A stretch of DNA of 63,441 nt, filler included, from Chiloscyllium plagiosum (lineage: Eukaryota), in NCBI RefSeq assembly GCF_004010195.1. It is 4 parts of 2 records of this genome, joined end to end, with 100 filler letters (N's around TTAATTAATTAA, not from the genome) between each part and the next. Parts side by side here need not be neighbours in the genome. Positions count along the whole stretch, not along the records: positions 1 to 28,476 come from NC_057716.1; positions 28,577 to 52,539 come from NC_057716.1; 2 more parts are not named here. One strand, given 5' to 3'. The notes beneath the pieces were generated by a model. That model made no database searches. It was given only the letters and a program-made list of their open reading frames with translations, and was not told where the DNA came from. A program made the position numbers and the translations under genes. Position 1 is the first letter of the stretch; every line of letters starts with the position of its first letter. Shown here piece by piece: positions 25,433 through 38,059 of the stretch.

Positions 25433-25999
25433 AAAAAGGAGTTCTGAAAAGAGTTACTGGACCCAAAGCATTAATCTTGCTTTCTCTCCACAGATGCTGC
25501 CAGACCTGCCAAGTTTTTCCAGCAATTGGTTTCATTTTTGTTCAGAAAAAGGCACTGCATTGAGAGACATCAAAGCAGACCAGTGAACTTCCACCAATGT
25601 CTTTACCAAAATCTCCAGAGAGTTCATTTTAATGGAGTGGAGGAAATCTGGAAAGAGCTGAAGACAGCCATCATCTTTTGCTATGAAGAAACCAATGGAC
25701 ACAAGACCAGAAAATATTAAGACCACTTTGACGAGAATGACCACATCATTAAAGACCTCGTTGACAAGAAAAGGAAAACTCTCTGAGCCTAGCAAAACAA
25801 CCATCACCAGCAAGGCAAAGAGAGAACTCACCAAACAGCAAAAGGTGGAGTTACAAAGAAAACCGAGGAAAATCAAGAACCAACGGTGGACTGAGAAAGC
25901 TAAGGAGCTGCAACTCATTGCTGACAAGCTCTACACTCTGGGTTTCTTCAGTGTCACCAAGTCGATCTATCCAACACCTGTGGCCTCAATCTGATGAGG

Positions 26000-26140
26000 T
26001 AAAAACAATGACTGCAGATGCTGGAAACCAGATTCTGGATTAGTGGTGCTGGAAGAGCACAGCAGTTCAGGCAGCATCCAAGGAGCAGTACTGATCCTCG
26101 GATGCTGCCTGAACTGCTGTGCTCTTCCAGCACCACTAAT
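26000..26140. mobile_element. Fold-back PLE fragment with 16-bp target duplication
   Basis: Inverted arms attagtggtgctggaagagcacagcagttcaggcagcatcc and its reverse complement; cctcaatctgatgagg on both sides. Confidence 0.8.
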
Positions 26141-26802
26141 CCTCAATCTGATGAGGAGGAATCTTTTGAGAGACAGAGTAAACATCAACCTCCAATGGAG
26201 AGAACACTTCAAAGAGCCACAACACAAGTGTCAATAAGGCAAATGTGAGGAAGTTCTCTAACTCTCCATTAAGGTGATCTTGGATTCCCATCTAGTGTAG
26301 CAGAAGCATCCATTAGACATTTGAAGAATGGATAAACCACATGAGTAGATGGGATTTCAGTGGAGATTTTCAAAATTGGAAGGGCAAAGCTCAATCATCT
26401 CCATTAACTGTTCTAGGACAAAGAATGTTTTTTTAAAATTCTTCCTGCTGAAGTGCAAAATCTCACATTTTTTCTACATTTCAATCCATTTGCCAAGTTT
26501 TTGCCCACTTGCTTGTCAAGATCCCTCTGCAGATTATTTGTGTCATCCATAAACTTGACAATAGTAATTCGCTTTCCCCATCTGAGTCATTCAAATATAT
26601 TGTACATAATGGTGGTCCCAGCACTGATCCCTGTGGCTCTCCACTAGTTACAGGTCACCAGCCTGTCTACATATCCCAATTCTATGAGTTCTATTTAGCT
26701 AATCAACCCTCTATCCATGCTAATTTATTATTTCCAATACTAAGGCTGTCATCTTATTAAGTGGCCTAATGTGTGGAACCTTATCAAATGCCTTCTGGAT
26801 TC

Positions 26803-27380
26803 GGCAAGATGGCGGCGATTCTGTAGGACAGCTCTGCCTAACAGCCAAGGCATACTGGTGTTTTTTGCCATCCCTGGCCAACTTATGTGGTGGAAATATT
26901 AGTTTAAAACCTTATAGAACACATATTTGTTAATATTTGGGAGTGGGAGAGATGCCAAAGGGAAAAGGAGCAAGCAAACAGCAGTAGGGAGGACACTCCC
27001 CTGTAGCACCTACAACACCAGAGACTGCAGCAGCAGCAGCCTCTCCCGAACCCCCCGGGGACCTGACAGACTCACAGGAATTGGCTGCGGTGATGGAGAG
27101 ACTTATCTTGAAAGTTGCGGCTGCGATTGAGGAAATCTGTGGGGAGATTCATGCCCATGTCCAACCAATTGCATCCATGTTGCAGAAGCATGAGCAGGAG
27201 ATCCTCTCCTCGGGGAGAGGCTGGAGGAGGTGGAGGGTCGAACTAAGGCCTTGGAAGCTGCAATGGAGTCCTCAACCAGTCGGATCCACGTGCTGCAGCG
27301 AGAGGTGCAGGTCTTGCAAAACCATATCGACGACCGCGAAAATAGAGGTCGGATCTCCGAATTGTCGGGCTCCCTGAAGG
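26803..27380 (+). mobile_element. L1-clade LINE 5' end and ORF1 fragment
   Basis: caagatggcggcg (YY1-type motif) at the 5' end; coiled-coil then IDDRENRGR..(R)IVGLPEG. Confidence 0.7.
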
Positions 27381-27774
27381 TTAGAGATTTCATCCAGAAG
27401 AAGAGTGCGAGCAGCAGCGGAGGTAAGATGAACTCGGAAGACTGCAGCTAAGGTAAGGCAGTTTTTATTTTAAAATTACTTACCGGTAGCGGACAGTGGT
27501 GTTTTCCCTTTCACAGAAGGAGCGGGAGCAGCGGAGGAAGTGACGAGGACCAAAGGGGCAGCCGGGAAGGAAAGCAATGACCATTATATATCAGCAAGAC
27601 GGCTAAACCTGAGACTCTACTACTGTTGAGTTTCCCACTCGCCCTCCTCCTCTAACCTAGTTAATAAGGTAAGGTTCATTCTAAACTTCCTCTATTGAAT
27701 ATAAATTTGTTATTAATTTTATAGCAACTTGAACTAAGCTTTCCAATTTAGTATTGAGTGGGTGTTCAGATAAG

Positions 27775-27905
27775 AGCTGAAAATGTGTTGCTGGAAAAGC
27801 GCAGCAGGTCAGGCAGCATCCAAGGAGCAGGAGAATCGACGTTTCAGGCATGAGCCCTTCTTCAGGAATGAGGAAAGTGTGTCCAGCAGGCTAAGATAAA
27901 AGGTA
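27775..27905 (-). mobile_element. Short PLE insertion with 15-bp target duplication in a CR1 5' UTR
   Basis: gggtgttcagataag at 27760-27774 and 27906-27920; hammerhead-like core on minus strand. Confidence 0.8.
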
Positions 27906-28476
27906 GGGTGTTCAGATAAGCCGGGTATGGATGCTAGGGCAGTTGCTTGCTCCTCCTGCAGAATGTGGCAGGTGGGAGACATGGCACACGTCTCCGCTGG
28001 CTACATCTGCGGGAAGTGCACCCAACTCCAGCTCCTTGAAAACCGTGTTAGGGAATTTGAGCTGGAGCTGGATGAACTACGGATCATTCGGGAGGCTGAG
28101 GGGGTAATTGAGAGGAGTTACCAGGAGTTGGTCACTCCTAAGGCTCAGGGCTCGGATAGATGGGTTACAGTTAGGGGGAGGAAAGGAAACAGACAGACAG
28201 TGCAGAAGTCCCCTGTGGACATCCCCCTCAGCAATAAGTATACCGTTTTGAATATTGCTGGGGGGGGGGATGACCTACCAGAGGAAAACCATAGCAGTCT
28301 GGCACTGAGCCTGACACTGTGGCAAAGAAGGGAAGGGGGCAGAATAGAAAAGTACTCGTGGTAGGGACTCGATAGTTAGGGGAATCGACAGGAGATTTTG
28401 TGGTCAGGACCGGGATTCCCGGAAGGTATGTTGCTTCCCTGGTGCCAGGGTCTGGGATGTCTCCGATCGGGTGTAT

Positions 28477-28576
28477 NNNNNNNNNNNNNNNNNNNNNNNN
28501 NNNNNNNNNNNNNNNNNNNNTTAATTAATTAANNNNNNNNNNNNNNNNNNNNNNNNNNNNNNNNNNNNNNNNNNNN
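28477..28576. other. Assembly gap with synthetic TTAATTAATTAA spacer
   Basis: 44 N + 12 nt + 44 N. Confidence 0.97.
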
Positions 28577-29694
28577 GGACTTCAGCAAGGCATTTGATAA
28601 GGTTCCCCATGGTAGGCTCATTCAGAAGGTCAGGAGGAATGGGATACAGGGGAACTTAGCTGTCTGGATACAGAATTGGCTGGCCAACAGAAGACAGCGA
28701 GTGGTAGTAGAAGGAAAATATTCTGCCTGGAAGTCTGTGGTGAGTGGTGTTCCACAGGGCTCTGTCCTTGGGCCTCTGTTTTAATTTTTTTTAATGACTT
28801 GGATGAGGTGATTGAAGGATGGGTCAGCAAGTTTGCAGACGACACAAAGGTTGGAGGTGTCGTTGACAGCATAGAGGGCTGTTGTAGGCTGCAGCGGGAC
28901 ATTGACAGGATGCAGAAGATGGGCTGAGAGGTGGCAGATGGAGTTCAACCTGGATAAATTCGAGGTGATGCATTTTGGAAGGTCGAATTTGAAAGCTGAG
29001 TACAGGATTAAGGATAGGATTCTTGGCAGTGTGGAGGAACAGAGGGATCTTGGTGTGCAGGTACATAGATCCCTTAAAACGGCCACCCAAGTGGACAGGG
29101 TTGTAAAGAAAGCATATGGTGTTTTGGCTTTCATTAACAGGGGTATTGAGTTTAAGAGTCGTGAGATCTTGTTACAGCTCTATAAAACTTTGGTTAGACC
29201 GCACTTGAAATACTGCGTCCAGTTCTGGTCACCCTATTATAGGAAAGATGTGGATGCTTTGGAGAGGGTTCAGTGCTGCTTGGACTGGAGGGCTTATCTT
29301 ATGAAGAGGGGTTGACTGAGCTCGGACTTTTTTCATTGGAGAAAAGGAGGAGGAGAGGGGACCTAATTGAGGTATACAAGACAATGAGAGGCATGGGTAG
29401 AGTCGATAGCCAGAGACTATTTCCTAGGGCAGAAATGGCTAACATGAGGGGTCATAGTTTTAAGCTGGTTGGAGGAAAGTATAGAGGGGATGTCAGAGGT
29501 GGGTTCTTTACACAGAGTTGGAATGCGTTACCAGCAGCAGTTGTGGAAGCAAGGTCATTGGGGACATTTAAGAGACTGCTGGACATGCATATGGTCACAG
29601 AAATTTTGAGGGTGCATACATGAGGATCAATGGTCGGCACAACATCGTGGGCTGAAGGGCCTGTTCTGTGCTGTACTGTTCTATGTTCTATATC

Positions 29695-31340
29695 TATAGA
29701 AAGCTTTAGGGATCTCCTTTGTTCTATTTCTTAAAGACTGTTCGTGTCCTCTCTTTGCTCTTCTTAACTCTCTTTAAATCGTTCCCAGCTGATCTGTAAC
29801 GCTCCATCGCTTCATCTGTACCATCTTGCCTCATCAACATATAAGCCTTCTTCTTCTTCTTAACGAGAGATGTAATTTCTGCAGAAAACCACGGTTCCCT
29901 TACCTTATCACTTCCTCTCTGCCTTGACAGGGACATACCTATCAAGGAAACGCAATATCTGTTCCTTAAACCAGCTCCACATTTCGATTGTCTGCATCCC
30001 ATGCATTTTGCTACCCCATTCTATGCATCCTAATTCTTGCCTAATTGCATTACAATTGCCTTTGCCCCTTCGATAACTCTTGACCTGGGGCAATGTACCT
30101 ATCCCTTTCCATCGCTAAACTAAACGTATCTGAATTATGGTCACTCTCTCCAAAGTGCTCACCTACAACTAAATCAAACACCTGGCCTGGTTCATTACCA
30201 AGCACCAGATCCAGTGTGGCCTCCCCTCTTGTCGGTCCTTCGACATATTGTGTCAGGAAACCCTCCCGTACACAACCTGATCCAACCGACGTAGTAGAGC
30301 TATAATATTTCCAGTCAATGTTGGGGAAGTTAAAGTCCCCCATAATGACCACCCTGTTCCTTTCACTCCTACTCAGAATAATTTTGCTAATCCTCTCTTC
30401 CACCTCCCTGGAACTCTGTGGAGGCCTATAAAAAATCTCCAAGCAGTCTGACCTCTCCACTCCTGTTTCTAACCTTAGCCCACACTACCTCAGTAGACGA
30501 GTCCTCATCAAAAATTCTCTCAGCCACCTTTATACTATCTTTGACTAACAAGGCCACGCCTCCCCCTCTTTTATCGCCTTGCCTGTTTTTAATGAAAGGT
30601 CTACACCCTGGAACCTGCAACATCCATTCCTCACCCTGCTCTATCCATGTCTCCGAAATGATCACAACATCAAAGTCCCAGGTACCTATCCATGCTGCAA
30701 GCTCACCTACCTTATTTCGGATACTTCGGGCGTTGAAGTAGACACACTTCAAACCAGTTTGCTGTCTGCCAGCACATTCCTGTGACCCTAAAATCCTGTC
30801 CCTGTCCTCCCTACTCTCATCCTCCTGTGCACTGCAACTTCACTTCAGGTTCCCATCCCTCTGCTGAGCTAGTTTAAACCCTCCCGAATAGCACCAGCAA
30901 ATTTCTCACCCAAGATATTAGTACCCTCTGGTTCAAGTGAAGACCGTCCTGTCTGTACAAGTCCCACCTTCCCCAGAATGAGCCCCAATTATCCAAAAAC
31001 CTGAAACCCTCCCTCCTGCACCATCCTTGCAGCCATGTGTTCAGCTGATAAATCTCCCTATTCCTTGCCTCGCTATCATGTGGCACAGGTAACAAACCAG
31101 AGATAACTGTGTGCGTGCTAGCTCTCAGCTTCCACCCTAGCTCCACGAAATCCTGCCTTCCATCCCTATCCCTCCTTCTACCTATTTCGTTGGTACCTAC
31201 ATGGACAACGACTTGAGGCTGGTCACCCTCTCCCTTCAGGACTCCAAAGATACAATCCGAGACATCACAGTCTCTGGCACCTGGGAGGCAACACACCAAC
31301 CATGAGTCTCGTTCTTTCCCAAAAAACTTTCTATCGGAGC
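29695..31340 (-). mobile_element. CR1 fragment (ORF1 esterase and APE)
   Basis: VCCLPGA..HVGTNE..DGLHLN; CVYFNARSIRNK..SETW..GDFNFP. Confidence 0.87.
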
Positions 31341-31346
31341 CTCTAA

Positions 31347-31830
31347 CATGATGTTGCCTGGACTGGAGGACATTTCTTATGAAGGAAGGTCGAGGGAGCT
31401 TAGGCTTTTCACATTGGAGTGAAGGAGAATGAGATGTGACTTAATAGAGGTATACAAGATGATGAGAGGAATAGATAGAGCAGATAGCCAGATACTTTTT
31501 CCCAGGGCAGGAATGTCTATCATGAGGGGTCATAATTTTAAGGTGATTGGAGGAGGTTTTAGGGGAGATGTCAAAGGTAGGTTCTTTTCACAGAGAGTGG
31601 TGGGTGTGTGGAATGCACTGCCAGCAGTGGGAGTAGAGTCAGATACATTTTGGGAGGCCTTAAAAGAGAAGGATTTACACAAAGTCAGATACATTAGGAA
31701 CATTTAAGCGACTCTTAGATAGTCACATGGATGATAGTAAAGTGAAGGATATGTGGGTGAGTTTGATCTTAAAAGTAGAATAAAAGGTAGGCAAAACATT
31801 GCGGGCCGAACGGCCTGTACTGTGCTATGC
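31347..31830 (+). mobile_element. CR1 3' fragment
   Basis: DLIEVYKMMRG..RGH..VVGVWNAL. Confidence 0.82.
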
Positions 31831-33567
31831 TCCCTTGCACACTATTTCCACACACATTTTTTTCCACAATAAATAATCTTCAAATGCCCTCTTGAATGTT
31901 TCAATTAAACCTTACTCCCCTACGCTTGCAGGTAGTATATTCCATACCTTAACTACTCACTGTGTGAAAAAGTTTTTAATCTTACCATCATTGCTTCTTT
32001 TGCAGCTCACTTTTTAAAATTCTACTCCCTCTTGTTCTTTATCCTTTTTCAAATGGGACCAGTTTCTCCATGTTTACTCCATACAGCCTACTGATGATTT
32101 GGAAAACCTTTTCTTTCTATTTATTTCCAGGATGAGGGTGTTGCTGACTAGGCCAGCATTTATTGCCCATCCCTAATTGCCCAAAGGGCAGTTAAGAATC
32201 AACTGTATTGCTGTGGGTCTGGACTTTCATGTGGGCCAAACTAGGAAAGGATAGCAGTTTCCCTCCCTAAAGAGCGTCAGATCTCCTCTCAGCTGCCGTC
32301 CTTCCAAGGAGAACAGTCCCAACTTCTGCAATCTGTTTTCATAAATTTTCTCATTCCTGGAACCATTCTTATAAATTGTTTCTGCACTTTCTTCGACGCA
32401 CTCAGTTTTCCTACAATGTGGCACCTACAACTGTCTAAAACAGACGGTATAAATACAGAATAAATGATGGTTTTCCCTTAGATTCGTATTCTTGCAAGTT
32501 ATCATGATGAGTGCAAGACCAAAAGCTTTGATAAAATGTCTTTTATCAGCAATACTTGACACTTCCATCAATTGAAATGATATTATCAAGAAAAGCACTG
32601 GCCTAAATAGCAATAGAATTCAGCTGACTACGCAGGATATCTAAGTTTCAGGAAACATAGATATCCTGTAATTAATTAAATTGTCTGAAATAAAGTTATA
32701 TTTTATCAAAAACATTAAAAATAGCTCAGCCAGTCAGGCATGAGATGATTTTTGTCTTCTATTTTAATCATATACCATACACCTGTGTGATATGTTTCAT
32801 ATTCGAAATGAAAGACTTTGGAGTTGGAGGTAAGTGTCCTAAGAACATACCGAATTGGAAGAAAGTATGTGAAGAACAAAATGGCCACTGATGAAAAGAA
32901 AAACTATCAGTTCAGTGTAGATATTTGACTACTTGAAAAAGTGACTGAAGTAACATCTCTAGGTTGTATTTCTTGAGCAAGCTGTGTCTGAAAGACTTCA
33001 AAACCAGCTGAAAGAGGTTAGTGGCTTGACCATATGAGCCAGAACATCAGAACTCTGTAACATTCTATACTTTACCCTTTTGCTTTCAAGCATATTCCAT
33101 TGGCCTCTGTGTTATTTTGAAAAAGCCAATGTCTGCAAAAAAAAAAGCTTTTTTTCTCTCTCCTGAGGGGAAAGAGAGAAAATGTATTCTTTTTCAATTT
33201 ATTCCTAAAAATGTGGGGGCTCTATCAGCATTTATTACCTGACTTCAGTTGCCCCAGAGAATGGTTAAACTGAATTCTCAAACCACAGTTGTCTATGTGC
33301 TGTCGGTGCACCACAAAACCTTTAGGAAGGAAGTTGTCAGATTTTGACCCAGGTACCACTGCAGGAATGTCAATATATTTTCAGGTTAGGATGGTGATGG
33401 GCTTGGACAGGGACTTGCAGGTGGCAGCACCTGCTGCCCTTGTCCTTCTAGATGGAAGGCGCTTTCTAAGCAGCACTGTTGATATTTATGGGTTGATCAA
33501 CCTTTGTACTTCTGCATTACCAGCTGTGCATATGAATCAATCTTCATTAAATATGTTTTGTTTCAAA

Positions 33568-33790
33568 GTTTGTGAGAAGATTTGTAGCTCGGGTGCTTGT
33601 TGTTGTAGTTCTGTTCGCCGAGCTGGGAATTTGTGTTGCAGATGTTCGTCTCTGTCTAGATGACATTCTCAGTGCTTGGGAGCCTACTGTGAAGCTTCAC
33701 AGGAGACTCCCAAGCACTGAGGATGTCATCAAGACAGGGGACGAAACGTCTGCAACACAAATTCCCAGCTCGGCGAACAGAACCACAACA
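33568..33790. mobile_element. Fold-back PLE fragment (third family), hammerhead copy on each arm, 14-bp target duplication
   Basis: About 90-bp arms centred on ctgtgaag|cttcacag (about 33693); atgttttgtttcaa on both sides. Confidence 0.82.
33714..33753 (+). ncRNA. Minimal type I hammerhead ribozyme
   Basis: GCA-CUGAGGA-U-GUC...GAC-GAAAC-GUC|UGC; stem I GCA/UGC and stem II GUC/GAC pair. Confidence 0.65.
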
Positions 33791-34142
33791 ATGTTTTGTT
33801 TCAATAATAAACACATCATGCTGCCTGGATTACAGGGCATGAGCTAGAAAAACTCCTGAGCAGTGGAAGCTAGGGGGAGTCATACTAAAAGTCCATAAAA
33901 TTATAAGATGCATAGATAGGGTCGATAGTCAGTATCTTTTTCCGAGAGTTAATATATCTAATACTAGGGGGCAAGCATTTAAGGTGGTGGTGGTTTTGGG
34001 GGGGGGGGGGGGGGGAGAGGAAGCAGGGAAGATGTGAGGGGCAATGGAGTTCAATGGAGATATGAGGGGCAAGTTGTCTCCACATAGTGTGGTAGGGGTC
34101 TTTGTGAAGGCAGATATAATGGAGCATTAAAGTGACTAGTGA

Positions 34143-34755
34143 GTTTTGAGAAGATTTGTAGCGGTTTTGGATGTAGGTTTGCTCTCTGAGTTGGAAGCTT
34201 CATTTTCAGATGTTTCGTCACCATACTAGGTACCATCAGTGAACCTTTAAATGAAGCACTGGTGTATATGTTTGAGTTTCCTATGGTTGGTGACATCATG
34301 CCTTATGGTGATGCCATTACCTGTTCGTTTGCTCTCCCCCCCGGGATAAATGGGTTCCAAGTCAGTGTGTTTGTTGATAGAGTTCCGGTTGGAATGTTAT
34401 GCTTCTGCATTGGACAAACAGGCAGAAAACTAGCCACCCAGATACATGAACATCAACTAGCCACAAAATGACATGATCCACTCTCACTAGTATGCTTATA
34501 AACAGATGAGGAAGGACACCATTTCGACTGGGACAACACATCCATCCTAGGACAAGCCAAACAGAAACACACACGAGAATTCCTAGAAGCATGGCATTTC
34601 AACCAGAACTCTGTCAACAAATACATTGACTTGGATACATAGAAAGTGGGCTACATCATCAGTGCTTCATTCGGAGGATCGTTGAAGATGTTACCTGGTA
34701 TACTGACGTAACGTCTGAAAACAAACCTTTCAGCTCAGCGAGCAAACCTACATCC
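34143..34755 (+). mobile_element. PLE with inverted terminal repeats around a GIY-YIG fragment, inside a CR1 3' fragment
   Basis: IGQTGRKLATQIHEHQLA; 5' segment is the reverse complement of the 3' segment (ggatgtaggtttgctc / gagcaaacctacatcc). Confidence 0.78.
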
Positions 34756-35764
34756 ATTTAACTGACTTTTAGATAAGTACATGAATATGCAAATAATGGA
34801 GGGCTATGGACCAAGGGAAGACAGAAGGAATCAGTTTACTTTGGCACCATGTTCATCACAACATTGTGGGCCAAGGCACCTGTTCCTGTTGTGTACTGTT
34901 CTATTCTATATTCTAATTGAACAGATATTTTTCATCTGTCATCACTGCAGAGAATTTAATTACCATCTCAGAAATCATTGAGAAACAGAATTTGGAAGGA
35001 ATCAAGGAGCTAAAAACAACGATGTGTTCCCTGATACTTTGTTTATAAACTTTTTCCTCTTCAACAATATTTTTTTCCAATAATTTTCTTTTACAATTTT
35101 ATGTTTGTTAGGTGTGTAATACTCTTTATTTAAAATTTAATTCAGAGATTTCACTGTAACTGCGCATGCTCCAGGGTTCCAGAAAAAGCAACTGGGAAAA
35201 GCTACACCATCACAATTTTGTCAGATCTCTGCACTTCTGATCCTTTTGTGAATTTCCAATTTTAATCATGTCACCACAAGCAGCCTCACCCTCACTTGCT
35301 TGGGCCCCACGCTCTTGAATTTCTTTCTTTCACCTCTCTACCTCGCTTTTCTCCTTTGGGATGTTCCTTACTTTGACCAAGTCTTTCATCATCTTATTGA
35401 ATAATTTCCTCTGTGGCTTGGCATCATACTAAAAATTACAGATTGGTTGCAGTACAGAGTTTGGTCATGACTGTACTAGCTCTCTGAATATATAATTCAC
35501 CTAGTGTTTAGCATTGTTGAACACTAAGGGAATCAAGGAATTTGTGGACAAGGTGCAAAAGCAGAGGGGACACAGTTGTCCAGCCAAGATCTTATTCATG
35601 GTGGAGGTGATTGAGAGACTAAATGGCTTCCGTTGACAGTTATTTTGTCATTGTTCTCTCTTCATTACCCAGTAGGGATGGTTCATGACTCACATAATCA
35701 CTAGCAATGGATTCTCTTCCCATTCCTACATTCTAAGGAGAAATTACTAAGAGTGAAATTATTA

Positions 35765-37215
35765 ATCACCCTTAATAATTTCTCCTTTGAATCCTCCAAC
35801 TTCCTCCAGCTGAAAGGAATAGCCATGGGCACCTGAATGGGCCCCAGCTATGCCTATCTCTTAGTCAGCTACGTGGAACAGTCCATCTTCCGCAATTACA
35901 CCGACACCGTTCCCTACCTTTTCCTCCACTACACTGATGACCATATCGGCACCACCTCGTGCTCCCACGAAGAGGTTGAACTGTTCAACTTCACCAACAC
36001 ATTCCACCCTGACCTTACGTTCACCTGGACCATCTCAGACACCGCTCTCCTCTCCCTGGACCTCTCCATCTCCACCAACGGTAACCAACTCAACATGGAC
36101 ATCTTCTACAAACCCACACCTCCTCCCACCCTGCATCCTGTAAAAACGCTATCGCTTATTCCTAATTCCTCCACCTTTGTTACATCTGCTCCTAGGGAGG
36201 ATCAGTTCCACCATAGAACACATCAGATGGCCTCCTTCTTTAAAGATCGCAATTTCCCCTCCCAAGTAGTTGATGGTGCCCTCCAGTACATCTCAAACAC
36301 TTCCCGCATCTCCGCCCTCAGACACCATCCGTCCAACCGCAATAAAGGAAGGTCGTCCAACCTTCCACCCCACCAACTTCCATATACATCGCATCATCCT
36401 CAGCCATTTCCACCTTCTACAAATAGACTCCACCACCAGGGATATATTTCCCTACTCACCCCTATCCGCTTTCTGCAAGACCATTTCCTCCATGACTCCC
36501 TTGTCAGGTCCATGCCACCACAACTCACCTTCCCCTGCCACCACAGGAATTGCAAAACCTGTGCCCACAGCTCCATCCAAGGCCCCAAAGGAGCCTTCCA
36601 CATCCATCAAAGTTTCACCTGCAATTCCACATGTTATTTATTGTATCCATTGCTCCCAATACTGGTCTCCTCTACATTGGGGAGACAGGACGCCTACTTG
36701 CAGAGCGCTTCAGAGAACATCTCCAGGACAGCCACACCAACCAACCCCATCGCCCTGTGGCCAAAGTCCCCCTCCTAGTCTGCCAAGTACATGCAGATTC
36801 TGGGCCTCCTCAATCACACACCCTAACCACCCAACACCAGGAGAAAGAACGCCTCATCTTCTGCCTTGGGACCCTCCAACCACACGGCATCACTGCGGAC
36901 TTCACTAGTTTCCTCATTTCTCCTCCCCCCATCTTGTCCCAGTTCCAACCCAGCACCGGTCTCATGATCTGTCCTACCTATCCATCTTCCTTCCCACCTA
37001 TCTGCACTATCCTCCCCTCTGACCTATCACCATTACCCCCACCTCCATCTACCTATCACACTCTCAGCTGCCTTCCCCCAGACCCACCCCCCTCTCATTT
37101 ATCTCACCCTCACCTCGGCTCACACGTTTCATTCCTGATGAAGAGCTCTTGCCTGAAACATCGATTCTCCTGCTCCTTGGATGCTGCCTGACCTGATGTG
37201 TTTTTCCAGCACCAA
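35765..37215 (+). mobile_element. PLE 3' half (RT, GIY-YIG, 3' end), frameshifted
   Basis: GIAMGT*MGPSYA, FLHYTDD, LYIGETGRLLAERFREH; degenerate hammerhead at about 37135. Confidence 0.9.
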
Positions 37216-37229
37216 ACTCTCAATAATGA

Positions 37230-37384
37230 TGTAAAAACAATGACTGCAGATGCTGGAAACCAGATTCTGGATCAGTGGTGCTGGAAGAGCACAGTAGTTC
37301 AGGCAGCATCCGAGGACAGGCAAAATCCTGTCCTCGGATGCTGCCTGAACTGCTGTGCTCTTCCAGCACCACTGATCCAGAATC
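37230..37384. mobile_element. Fold-back PLE fragment with 15-bp target duplication
   Basis: About 58-bp arms around a ggcaaaa loop; tctcaataatgatgt on both sides. Confidence 0.8.
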
Positions 37385-37677
37385 TCAATAATGATGTCAT
37401 ATTCATACCACCATTGAGACCAGTAAAATGACGAGTTTCGCGCCTGATTCAGTTCATTTGCTGCTGAGAAAACTGAATGGGGAGGGTGAATGTGTGGAAG
37501 ACTTATGAAAAATTCATATTATGCCCATCCCTAATTGTCCTGGCAAAGGGAGCAGTGAGCGGATTTCTTCAACTGTGGTAGTCCTTGGGATGAACGGACA
37601 CCCACACTAGTTAGGAAGGCAGTTCCTGGATTTTGACAAACAACACTTAATGAACTGCAAAGTTTTTTTTTGTTTTT

Positions 37678-37983
37678 TTAGATTACATTAGTGTGGAAAC
37701 AGGCCCTTCGGCCCAACAAGTCCACACCGACCCGCCGAAGCGCAACCCACCCATACCCCTACATTTACCCCTTACCTAACACTACGGGCAATTTAGCATA
37801 GCCAATTCACCTGACCTGCACATCTTTGGACTGTGGGAGGAAACCAGAGCACCCGGAGGAAACCCACGCAGACACGGGGAGAATGTGCAAACTCCACACA
37901 GTCAGTCGCCTGAGGCGGGAAATGAACCCGGGTCTCTGGCGCTGTGAGGCAGCAGTGCTAACCACTGTGCCACCGTGCCGCCC
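37678..37983 (-). mobile_element. HE1-like SINE
   Basis: Reverse complement of the 25101 copy. Confidence 0.9.
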
Positions 37984-38059
37984 ACAGGAATTGCAAAACC
38001 TGTGCCCACACCTCCATCCAAGGCCCCAAGGAGCCTTCCACATCCATCAAAGTTTCACC

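Larger units (their letters stand above)
24100..26420 (+). mobile_element. Decayed RTE-clade LINE (APE and linker), interrupted by SINE and PLE inserts
   Basis: LGTWNI*TLMD at about 24272, DKIILLEDFNASVG, RWREHF-like motif at about 26195. Confidence 0.65.
27385..29690 (+). mobile_element. CR1 LINE 5' UTR and ORF1 (left of gap); RT and 3' end (right of gap)
   Basis: MDARAVACSSCRMW..CGKC..leucine zipper..GDS; FADDTK, TLVRPHLKYC, gttctat tail; continuity across the gap unproven. Confidence 0.85.

Noticed and set aside
28521..28532. TTAATTAATTAA palindrome centred in N runs (also 52584 and 61525)
   Set aside because: Identical 44N-12-44N layout three times; a synthetic scaffolding spacer with stops in all frames, not biology
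35171..35186. 16-nt match (ccagggttccagaaaa) to the SMARCAL1 exon at 23192, next to an NRF1-like tgcgcatgc
   Set aside because: Similarity does not extend and there is no CpG-island context; likely chance
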